Below, piece by piece: positions 8,599 through 16,256 of a stretch of 21,372 nt of DNA. Within the stretch, counting starts at the first letter, position 1; each line of letters starts with the position of its first letter. The stretch is from NCBI GenBank assembly GCA_041632295.1, contig JBFKII010000029.1, positions 1-21,372 of the forward strand, read 5' to 3'. A program made the position numbers and the translations under genes. The notes beneath the pieces are model-generated. The model ran no database searches. It was given only the letters and a program-made list of their open reading frames with translations, and had not been told where the DNA came from. Source of the DNA: Anaerolineales bacterium. GTDB lineage: Bacteria > Chloroflexota > Anaerolineae > Anaerolineales > JABWBV01.

Positions 8599-9024
8599 TT
8601 ACCCCCGCCGTGCGGATCCGGCGATCAGGAGGGTGATTTCTTGGACCGTACCCCTGTCGATACGGAATCCCCTGGCGCCGAAGCCTGCAGGCGCCGGAGA
8701 GACAATGATGCTGATCGCCTCTGGATAGGCTGCCTCGGCCACATCGATATGCGATGGACCGGAGGGACCCTGAGGGTGGGAGTGGTAGATGGCTTCCAGA
8801 TTCCATCCCAGCGCCTCTATCCGCCACATAGCACGGATCTGTTCCGCAGGGGACATTCGAAATCGGGATGGGCTGGATAGCTCGTTCGTGATTGGGAAAA
8901 CCCCGGTGGAATGGCCGCTGCGACCTGCCACCAGGCCGCAGGCTTCGGCGGGCAGACAGCGTTCCACGTCATCGAGGATTGCGCGCCAGTCTTCGGAACG
9001 CAGGGTAAACACCTCGCCGCCCAT
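8599..9024 (-). CDS. Mov34/MPN/PAD-1 (JAMM) family metalloprotease, 141 aa
   Basis: The JAMM motif is E...HSHPQGPSGPSHID (H-x-H-x7-S-x2-D) with an upstream Glu (AEACGL). The start ATG overlaps the upstream gene stop by 1 nt (TGATG). Confidence 0.8.
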   Translation of the reverse strand: MGGEVFTLRSEDWRAILDDVERCLPAEACGLVAGRSGHSTGVFPITNELSSPSRFRMSPAEQIRAMWRIEALGWNLEAIYHSHPQGPSGPSHIDVAEAAYPEAISIIVSPAPAGFGARGFRIDRGTVQEITLLIAGSARRG

Positions 9025-9860
9025 CAGTTCAGCCAGAGGGCGAGCAGCCAGATGCCGGCCAGGATCAGGATCGGCTCCCAGATGGTGCGCAATCGCGGGC
9101 GCTCCTCAACCATGTTTGCAAAGAAGACGTTGGCTGCAAACGCCGGCCCGGTTACCAGCAGACCGAATGCAACCGGTGAGAAAGGCAGGAAGTGGCCTGC
9201 TGTGGCGACCTGCGCCGTTACCAGCAGCGTGGTCAGGGCGGCGAAATATGCGGTGAAAATGTTCGACCGCTCGTACAAAGACGCCCCCTGTAGCCGCAAG
9301 AAAAGGAACCGGATGGTCAGCAGGCCGGCCGCTACGGACATGGACGGGATGAGAAAAACCAGCCGGATGTCGGCGGCGCGCAGGTTGGCCGCTAATGCAA
9401 AAAAAAGGATAAATGTGATCGTCGAAATACCGGAAAGGGCGATCCGGAAATTGACATCACGGGGTTCCACCAGCACGAATTCAGCCGTCCAGATCAAGAT
9501 GAGCAGCCCAACTCCGAGAGCCAGCATCATCCACCATAGCCCCTGAAGTGGCAGCGACCACAAAATGACGGAGAGCACCCAGGCGGAAAGAGCTGGCAGG
9601 ATTCCGAATTGCAGGAATTGTTTTTCGTGCCCAGAAGGGTGATGCTGGACCAGCCAGAATGTGCCGGTCGCCGAAAGGCCTGCCGCCAGGACAGCCGTAA
9701 CCGTGTTGACATTGAACCTGAAATCGACCAGGATGCCCAGCACCGCCAGGCTCAGCTCCCCGCCCGGAAAAGAAATCAGCTTGGCGAGCAGAAATGTCAG
9801 GGACAGAGTGGCCGCCAGCACAGATACCTGCTGGAAATTGGGCGTCGTTCTCAACTGCAT
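9024..9860 (-). CDS. hypothetical polytopic membrane protein, about 8 TM, family not recognised
   Basis: Hydrophobic helices run throughout the ORF. I prefer the ATG at 9860 over the track TTG at 9881. The TTG would lie inside a TTGACA-15-TAGAAT promoter whose -10 ends 8 nt upstream of the ATG. Confidence 0.55.
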   Translation of the reverse strand: MQLRTTPNFQQVSVLAATLSLTFLLAKLISFPGGELSLAVLGILVDFRFNVNTVTAVLAAGLSATGTFWLVQHHPSGHEKQFLQFGILPALSAWVLSVILWSLPLQGLWWMMLALGVGLLILIWTAEFVLVEPRDVNFRIALSGISTITFILFFALAANLRAADIRLVFLIPSMSVAAGLLTIRFLFLRLQGASLYERSNIFTAYFAALTTLLVTAQVATAGHFLPFSPVAFGLLVTGPAFAANVFFANMVEERPRLRTIWEPILILAGIWLLALWLN

Positions 9861-9867
9861 CCTCCGA

Positions 9868-9894
9868 ATTCTACCAATCAATAGCGCCTGTCAA
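9868..9894 (-). promoter_or_regulatory. candidate promoter (TTGACA-15 nt-TAGAAT) giving a near-leaderless transcript of the membrane-protein/JAMM operon
   Basis: The minus strand reads TTGACAggcgctattgattggTAGAATtcggaggATG. The only SD-like GGAGG directly abuts the ATG. Confidence 0.35.
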
Positions 9895-9981
9895 CCCGCA
9901 CCCAATAAATATGGGGCAAAGCAAATTGCAGCGTCTTTATGATGGGGAGAAACTTTTGTAGATCAGGTATTGGAGGCCACC

Positions 9982-12096
9982 ATGTCCATTCAAAATGCCC
10001 CTGCCCAGGAGGAAAACACGGGTCCGGTCCGGCGATTGGATGAATTCACCACAAGTGTTGCCGCGCTGCGCACCCAGACCGACCGGGCGCGCAATATTTT
10101 CGGATTTGGGCGCCGCATCATCGTTCCGCCGGATGAGATTCACGTGGTGGTCGGTGACGGACGCCATATTTTTCTGCTTTCCAACTCCCGCAAGGTTTAC
10201 GGCCAGACGGCCGACCGGCCTTCCCGCTACTGGCTGAACCCGCTCAGCCAGGTCATCAAACTCAAAACCGTCAGCTTCACCGTGCCGATTCGCGGCCCGG
10301 GGGATGTCGGTGTGGCCGCTTTGGACAACTCCAAAGTCAGCTTCCGGCTGTGGGCACATGCGGTCGCCAAGCTCAATCCGGACAAGGCCGAGGTGGCGGC
10401 CCAGCGGGTCGGCCTGGATACCAGCGGTTTGATCAACACCATCACCGAAGTCGGAACCGCGGAGCTGGTCGCAGCAGCCGCCAGCATGCCGCTCCAGGAG
10501 ATCATCGCCAACCGCCAGCGCCTGGCAGAGATTGCCTTTCCCAAGGTCAACAACATCCTGTCCGAACTGGGGTATGACCTGGCTTTGCTGACGATTACGA
10601 AACTGGAAGGCGTGGCGTACAAGAAGCTGGTCGAGCAGGCAGAAGCCGGGATCTCGAAGGAAACCAGCATCGCCACCAACCGCGAACAGGTCCTGGAATT
10701 GCAGGACGACCAGGGCAGGGCGCGCACAGAGGCCGAAATCCGAGCACAGACCGAAATCAAAGTTGCGGCGGAGCAGCTGGAAGCCCAGCGGGAGGTGCAA
10801 AACGCCACCCTCGGCCAACAAGAAGCGCTGGCCGTGCGGCGACACGAGCTCGAATTGCTCCAGCTCGAGCGCGGCAAACAGCGCGCCGAAACCAGCCATG
10901 GCACGGATCTGGCCAAAGTCCTGCTGGATAAAAAACTGGGCGAGGCGGAGACGGAAAAATCCGCTCGCCTGGCGCGCCTTGCGGAGGAGAGGGAGGCGGA
11001 GATCAGGCTTGTTCAGACCGAAAAGGAAGCCGAACGGCTGGCACTCGAGCAGATCCGCCAGATCGAGCGTGCTGCCGAGAGAACCGAAGCCGAGGCGCGC
11101 CGACTGCGTGCCGAGGAATTTGCCGCTGCGGAAAGGACGAGGGAAGTGGCATTGGTGGAAGCCCACCAGCGGGCGGAGGCCCTCGAGGTGGATGCAGATG
11201 CCGAAGCCAACGCCTTGAAGATCCGCACGCAGGCCCAGACCCGGGCGGAGCGGGTCACAGCGGAAGCAGAAGCCGATGCTACCCAAAAACGGGCCGAAGC
11301 TGCAAAAAAACGGGCAGAGGCGCTGCGCGCCGAGACCGCCGCACCGGGTCTGGCCGAGGCGGAAGTGGAGGCTGCCAGGCTCCAGGTTACCGAGAAACAG
11401 GTCGAAATAAACCGGAACGAAGGCCTGGCCCTCGCGGAGGTTTCCCGGGCTCAGGCTGAGGCCGAGGCTGAACGGCTGGGGCGACTGAAAGATGTGGAGA
11501 TCCGGGCCCAGGAGCGCCTGCTGGAACTGTACAACCAGGCCCCAGTGCTCGTCGACCTCGAGAAAATTCGCCTCGAACACCAGCACCGAGAGCGGCTTGC
11601 CAACATGCGACTCGAAACTTCGCTGAAAGCTTTCGAAGCGCTCGCTCCCGGGGTCCGGATGAACATCTTCGGCAGCGGGGGGCAGGCCGGGGCAATGATG
11701 GCGGACCTGCTGGCCATCGCTCACGGATTTCAAATGATGGGGGAGGAGGTCCCCGCCCTGGGTCGGCTGGCCAATGGGCGAGGGAACGGATCGGACCGCG
11801 GGTTGGCGGCCGCCTTCCAAAAACTGCTGCCGGCCATCCGGACAGCCCTTTCGCAGGTCAACCCCAGGATGTTTTCCAGTATGCGGATCGCCGACCTTGT
11901 CGACCGTCTGGGCCCGGTCGTTGCCGGGGAGGGGCCGCTGGTGGATGCCCTGGCAGGACTCAAGGCCGACGCACAATTTCGCATGGTCGGAGACCTGCCG
12001 CTGGCTCCATTCCTGCAGGTCCTGGGTTTCGATCCCCAGGAGACCTCCGAGCAGGTTGACGACTCTGTTTTGGCCAGCGCCTCTCTGCCGGATTGA
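9982..12096 (+). CDS. flotillin-like SPFH/Band-7 family protein, 704 aa
   Basis: An SPFH domain is present (PPDEIHVVVGDG..., compare FloT GPDEALIVTG). A long Glu/Ala/Arg-rich coiled-coil flotillin repeat region follows, then a C-terminal domain. SD GGAGG lies upstream of the ATG at 9982. No N-terminal hydrophobic hairpin is present. Confidence 0.85.
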   Translation: MSIQNAPAQEENTGPVRRLDEFTTSVAALRTQTDRARNIFGFGRRIIVPPDEIHVVVGDGRHIFLLSNSRKVYGQTADRPSRYWLNPLSQVIKLKTVSFTVPIRGPGDVGVAALDNSKVSFRLWAHAVAKLNPDKAEVAAQRVGLDTSGLINTITEVGTAELVAAAASMPLQEIIANRQRLAEIAFPKVNNILSELGYDLALLTITKLEGVAYKKLVEQAEAGISKETSIATNREQVLELQDDQGRARTEAEIRAQTEIKVAAEQLEAQREVQNATLGQQEALAVRRHELELLQLERGKQRAETSHGTDLAKVLLDKKLGEAETEKSARLARLAEEREAEIRLVQTEKEAERLALEQIRQIERAAERTEAEARRLRAEEFAAAERTREVALVEAHQRAEALEVDADAEANALKIRTQAQTRAERVTAEAEADATQKRAEAAKKRAEALRAETAAPGLAEAEVEAARLQVTEKQVEINRNEGLALAEVSRAQAEAEAERLGRLKDVEIRAQERLLELYNQAPVLVDLEKIRLEHQHRERLANMRLETSLKAFEALAPGVRMNIFGSGGQAGAMMADLLAIAHGFQMMGEEVPALGRLANGRGNGSDRGLAAAFQKLLPAIRTALSQVNPRMFSSMRIADLVDRLGPVVAGEGPLVDALAGLKADAQFRMVGDLPLAPFLQVLGFDPQETSEQVDDSVLASASLPD

Positions 12097-12125
12097 CTCT
12101 CAGAAGAACCTTCCAACCGGAATAG

Positions 12126-12163
12126 CCGCTTCTGGAGCGTTTCAGCCCCAGAAGCGGTTTTTT
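12126..12163 (+). terminator. rho-independent terminator of the flotillin-like gene
   Basis: CCGCTTCTGG-agcgtttcagcc-CCAGAAGCGG is followed by TTTTTT. Confidence 0.75.
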
Positions 12164-12314
12164 ACTTTGTTCAATTGCTGAGGTGGTCCAGCGGCCTCAG
12201 CAGCTCCCCCATGCCTGAGGCCGCAGTTGGATGGGTTGCTCGATGTGCCCGATGCAGAAGGCTTCTTTCATCGAGCCGGCGGGTCTGATCGGTGGATGAC
12301 CGCGCCGAAAGCCG

Positions 12315-12965
12315 TTACGAAGCGCGAGCTGTGGGTCCGCCCGAGAGGATATTCGTCACCCGGTAGCCATAGGTGTTGATCACCCGGGTGCTCTCGAAGC
12401 GGGTTTCCACCTGGACGCTCTCATCGTAGATATGGATATGTCCGTGGAAATGAAAACGGGGCTTGAAAGTCTTCAGCAGCCAGCGAAAGGCGTTGATTCC
12501 GCGGTGGGCGGGGTCGGTCTTGTCATGGATGCCGCGAGGAGGTGCATGTGAAATAAAGATATCGAGATATTTGCCCTGAGTAAGCCGGTTCCACAGCAAA
12601 TGCGGAACCAGTCGGAATATGTGCGACCACATCTCGCCCTGGGTATATTGGAAGTCCCCTCGGTTGTAGCGAACGCTGCCTTCCACGCCGGCCATCAGCA
12701 AGCCTTTGTACTCCATCACTCTGCCGTGCAGATCGGTGGCGCCGCGCGGGCCGGTTCGGTTGCCGGATTTACTGTATTCGATCTTGCTGGCATGGTTGCC
12801 GCGCACAAAAAACATGTCTTTACCGAGCGTGTCCAGCACGTATTCGACATAGTAATAAGGCAGGTCGCCGCAGCTGATAACGAAATCGACGTGGGAAAAG
12901 GTGCTCTTGCAAGAAGGGCTGTAAATGAGATCAACCACTTTATCGCTTATGGAAAGGACTTCCAT
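12315..12965 (-). CDS. calcineurin-like metallophosphoesterase with substituted motif residues
   Basis: The N-terminus MEVLSISDKVV resembles the canonical MxxLxISDxH start. Motifs are CGDL, RGNHA and GHIH. The in-frame upstream extension to 13067 or 13268 in the ORF track would abut or overlap the divergent ABC gene start. Confidence 0.6.
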   Translation of the reverse strand: MEVLSISDKVVDLIYSPSCKSTFSHVDFVISCGDLPYYYVEYVLDTLGKDMFFVRGNHASKIEYSKSGNRTGPRGATDLHGRVMEYKGLLMAGVEGSVRYNRGDFQYTQGEMWSHIFRLVPHLLWNRLTQGKYLDIFISHAPPRGIHDKTDPAHRGINAFRWLLKTFKPRFHFHGHIHIYDESVQVETRFESTRVINTYGYRVTNILSGGPTARAS

Positions 12966-13065
12966 GAAGCGTTTATACACGGGGTGCCCCCATTTGGCAA
13001 CACTCGCGGTCAGAAAGCCGGATCGGGGCCCCGGGGACCGGTAATCGCTGGGGTAAAATTCCCTC

Positions 13066-14082
13066 ATGGCGGCGATCAGCGTGCACCGGCTGGCGAAATC
13101 TTTCGAAGCCCGGCAAAAGGCGGCGGGCATGCGGGGCAGCCTGCGCGCCCTGGTGCGGCCGGTGAAGAGACTTGTGGAAGCCGTGCGGGAGATCTCGTTT
13201 GAGATGGACCAGGCTGAGTTGTTGGGGTTCATCGGTCCGAACGGAGCCTGGAAATCGACCACGATCAAAATGCTGACCGGAATCCTGCATCCAACCTCTG
13301 GGCATGCCAGCGTGCTGGATTTTGTGCCCTGGAAGCAGCGTCAGAAACTGGCTTTCCATATCGGGACCGTGTTTGGGCAGCGACCGCAGTTGTGGTATCA
13401 CCTGCCGGCCGTGGACACATTTCTTCTTTTTGGCAAAATATATGAGATGGATGACCGGGAGACAGAAAGACGAATCGCTTTTCTGGCGGAAGCTTTCGAG
13501 ATCCAGCACCTGCTGGAGACACCGGTGCGGAAACTGTCTCTCGGCCAGCGAATGCGTTGCGAAGTGGCCGCATCCCTGCTGCATAAACCGCGTCTGCTGC
13601 TTCTTGATGAACCTTCGATCGGATTAGACGTGGTTGCCAAGCAGCGGATCCGGGATACAGTGCGCCGCATGAACTGTGAGGAGGGCGTTGGCATTCTGCT
13701 GACATCCCACGATGCCGGGGATATCGAAGCGCTTTGCAAGCGGGTGATCATCATCAACCACGGGCAGATCATTTACCAGGATCGGGTTTCGGCACTCAAA
13801 CGCCAATACCTGACCACCAAGCAGGTCGATGTGCGCTACGATCGGGAGATTGAGACAGCTTTCACCTTTCCGGGAGTACAGGTGCTGAAAACCGGCCGCT
13901 ACGGCATGAAATTGCGATTCGATTCCCGCCGGACGTCCGTGGAGCGGGTGATTTCGGGGTTGGCGGAATTCGGGAACCTGGTTGACGTCACCATTTCTGA
14001 CCCCTCCCTGGAACGGGTAATCCGCACGATCTACGAAGCGGATGAAACCCGGCGTAAGGGGGAAAGGAACGGGCATGCCTAG
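13066..14082 (+). CDS. ABC transporter ATP-binding protein (COG4586-like, with C-terminal extension)
   Basis: Walker A is GPNGAWKST (sic, W in place of the invariant Gly). Other motifs are Q-loop GTVFGQRPQ, signature LSLGQR, Walker B LLLLDEPSIGLD and H-loop LLTSHD. The N-terminus MAAISVHRLAKSFE is typical. Confidence 0.9.
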   Translation: MAAISVHRLAKSFEARQKAAGMRGSLRALVRPVKRLVEAVREISFEMDQAELLGFIGPNGAWKSTTIKMLTGILHPTSGHASVLDFVPWKQRQKLAFHIGTVFGQRPQLWYHLPAVDTFLLFGKIYEMDDRETERRIAFLAEAFEIQHLLETPVRKLSLGQRMRCEVAASLLHKPRLLLLDEPSIGLDVVAKQRIRDTVRRMNCEEGVGILLTSHDAGDIEALCKRVIIINHGQIIYQDRVSALKRQYLTTKQVDVRYDREIETAFTFPGVQVLKTGRYGMKLRFDSRRTSVERVISGLAEFGNLVDVTISDPSLERVIRTIYEADETRRKGERNGHA

Positions 14083-14917
14083 CATGGGCGCCTCATCCAC
14101 GATTGGCCTCTCCGGCAGCCGCCTGAAAGCCCTGGACAAGTACTTTTCGATCTTCAAAATCCAGCTGATTAACGCTTTCGCCTATCCCGCCGATCTGTTC
14201 TCCCGCGTTTTTTCCATGTTGATTTTCATGTGGGTGTTCCTTCAGTTGTGGACGGTGACATACGCCGCCATGGGCCAGACCCAGATCGACGGGTTGACCC
14301 TGAGGGATACGCTCTGGTATCTGATGATCGCCGAAATGGTACTGCTGAGCAAACCGCGCCTTGCCCGCACAATCGCAGAAAACGTGAAAGATGGGACGGT
14401 GGCTTACCTGTTGAACCGGCCCTACCATTTTCTCCTGTACCAGCTGAGTGTCGGCCTGGGGGACAGCTTGCTGCGTATGGTGGTGAATGCGGCGGCGGGG
14501 GGTGCGCTCATCTGGCTGATGCTGGGCCCGCCTCCCAATTGGCTCGGGGTTCCGCTGGTGGTCATCGCCCTGCTTTTCGCCTGGTGCATCGATTTTTGCC
14601 TAAACGCCATGATCGGGCTGCTCGCCTTTCTGACCGAGGACGTCTCGGCTTTCGAGTGGATTTATTCCAAGCTGGTTCTCATCCTGGGCGGGGTGCTGAT
14701 CCCGCTTGATTTTTTTCCCGATTGGCTGCGAGACTTCGCCCTTTCCTTGCCCTTTGCCTACACCACCTACGCCCCAGCCCGCATTTTCATCGATCCCGCC
14801 TGGTCTGATTTCTCCGGTTTGCTGCTGCGGCAGGTCGCCTGGTTGGTAGCCCTTTCGATACTGCTCGGCCTGTTTTTCCAGCTTGGGGTCCGGCGGCTGA
14901 ACGTAAACGGGGGATGA
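14075..14917 (+). CDS. ABC-2 family transporter permease (COG4587/COG3694-like)
   Basis: It has six hydrophobic helices. The ATG at 14075 overlaps the ATPase stop (TAG 14080-14082) and has GGAAAGGAA upstream. The track start is 14042. Confidence 0.7.
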   Translation: MPSMGASSTIGLSGSRLKALDKYFSIFKIQLINAFAYPADLFSRVFSMLIFMWVFLQLWTVTYAAMGQTQIDGLTLRDTLWYLMIAEMVLLSKPRLARTIAENVKDGTVAYLLNRPYHFLLYQLSVGLGDSLLRMVVNAAAGGALIWLMLGPPPNWLGVPLVVIALLFAWCIDFCLNAMIGLLAFLTEDVSAFEWIYSKLVLILGGVLIPLDFFPDWLRDFALSLPFAYTTYAPARIFIDPAWSDFSGLLLRQVAWLVALSILLGLFFQLGVRRLNVNGG

Positions 14918-14919
14918 AA

Positions 14920-15705
14920 ATGTTCCGTGAACTGCGTTTTCTCACCGCCCTGTGGAAGGCCAATCTGCTCTCGGCCATGGAGTACCGCATCCCTTTTCTG
15001 ACGCAGGTCTTGGGCATGATGCTGAACAATGCGGTCTATTTTGTGTTCTGGGTGATATTCTTCGACCGCTTTGACAACGTCGGAGGATGGGGCCTGCGCG
15101 ATATGTTCATCCTTTTCGGCATCGTGGCTACCTCGTTTGGCCTGGGGATCTTCCTGTTTGGAAACGCCACATCCCTGGCAGACCATATCGCGACCGGGAG
15201 ACTGGATTACTATCTTTCGCTGCCGCGCCCGGTCCTGCTCCACCAGCTGGCCAGCCGCAGTGTGACCAGCGGGTTGGGAGATTTTTTCTACGGTTTGCTC
15301 AGCTTTGCGTTCGCCGGGCAATACGGTCCCCAATCGATCGCCCGGTTTCTGTTGGGAGCTATTTTCGGGGCCATGATATTTGTGTCTTTCCTGACCCTGG
15401 TCCAGAGCCTGGCTTTTTGGATCGGGAACGCCTCGATGATCGCTTCGCAGGCGACCAATGCCATCATCACTTTCGCTCTGTATCCGATCACGCTCTTCGA
15501 TGGTTCGGCCAAGCTGATTCTCTTCACGCTCATCCCGGCAGCGCTGGTCGGATCGGTGCCGGCGGAGTTCGTACGGGCTTTCACCTGGACACAACTTTTT
15601 CAAATAGTGGGCGCCGGCCTTGTGATTTGTACCCTTTCCATCTTTGTTTTTTACCGGGGCCTGCGGCGGTACGAAAGCGGCAGTGCCATCCAGGTACAGG
15701 TCTGA
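14920..15705 (+). CDS. ABC-2 family transporter permease, second subunit
   Basis: It is a polytopic protein paralogous in architecture to the preceding permease. An ATGAAAATG overlap with the upstream stop is present. The ATG at 14920 has GGGGGA at suitable spacing, and 14914 is also possible. Confidence 0.7.
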   Translation: MFRELRFLTALWKANLLSAMEYRIPFLTQVLGMMLNNAVYFVFWVIFFDRFDNVGGWGLRDMFILFGIVATSFGLGIFLFGNATSLADHIATGRLDYYLSLPRPVLLHQLASRSVTSGLGDFFYGLLSFAFAGQYGPQSIARFLLGAIFGAMIFVSFLTLVQSLAFWIGNASMIASQATNAIITFALYPITLFDGSAKLILFTLIPAALVGSVPAEFVRAFTWTQLFQIVGAGLVICTLSIFVFYRGLRRYESGSAIQVQV

Positions 15706-15707
15706 AC

Positions 15708-16256
15708 ATGCGTTCCCGGCCGCTTTTGATCGCCACCGGTTTCGGGGCTGCCGTCCAGATCCTGTACCTGCTGGCTATGACCGCCCTGACCTACTTCCTG
15801 GTTTACCCGATCCTGGAGCAGTCCTTGCTGGACGATTTGCAGGTTCCGGGGTCGGTTCCGGGACCCGTGATAAATACCTCTCTGTTCACCGGCATTGCCG
15901 GCATTTGCCTGGCCCCCGTCCTGTACGCTGCCATCGGCGTGGTTTACACATATTTTCACCACCGCGAATACCCGGTCACGCCGGATCAGGGTGCGGTTGG
16001 CGGAGCGGCCGCGGCCGCCGCCGCACGCTTGTTGAGCGGGGTGATCGGCGTGTTGATCAACGCGATCGCCATATACTCCTTTTCCAGCCGGGTCCCGTTT
16101 TTTGCCGGCCTGGGAGATGGGCCTCCGGACGCCCTGATTTTCGGGATTTTCAGCTCAGCGGTTGGCAGCCTGTTCGGGTTATGCTTTGGGGCAGTTTTCG
16201 CTGCATTGATCGGAGCGCTGGGTGGCGGGCTGGGTGCACTTGTGATCAACCGATGA
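15708..16256 (+). CDS. hypothetical small membrane protein, about 182 aa and about 4 TM
   Basis: The ATG lies 2 nt after the permease stop. Hydrophobic helices, a Gly/Ala-rich segment and an ATGA overlap with the next gene are present. The upstream part of ORF-track entry 15087..16256 is an out-of-frame overlap with the permease, so I reject it. Confidence 0.55.
   Translation: MRSRPLLIATGFGAAVQILYLLAMTALTYFLVYPILEQSLLDDLQVPGSVPGPVINTSLFTGIAGICLAPVLYAAIGVVYTYFHHREYPVTPDQGAVGGAAAAAAARLLSGVIGVLINAIAIYSFSSRVPFFAGLGDGPPDALIFGIFSSAVGSLFGLCFGAVFAALIGALGGGLGALVINR

Noticed and set aside
9937-11976. 679-aa minus-strand ORF, and the 229-aa ORF at 10227..10916
   Set aside because: These are antisense to the flotillin-like gene. 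Its GC-rich EA-repeat region is poor in stop codons on the opposite strand. They have low-complexity composition and no start context.
12966-13268. Extended phosphoesterase ORF up to 13268 or 13067 (CATG shared with the ABC ATPase start)
   Set aside because: The extension would remove any divergent promoter space and overlap the ABC gene. The family-typical N-terminus begins at the ATG at 12965. I keep this as an alternative, not a certainty.
15087-15707. Upstream two-thirds of ORF 15087..16256 and N-terminal part of ORF 15644..17146
   Set aside because: These are out-of-frame overlaps with the ABC-2 permease and the small membrane protein. The real genes start at ATG 15708 and ATG 16253 respectively, each overlapping or abutting the previous stop.
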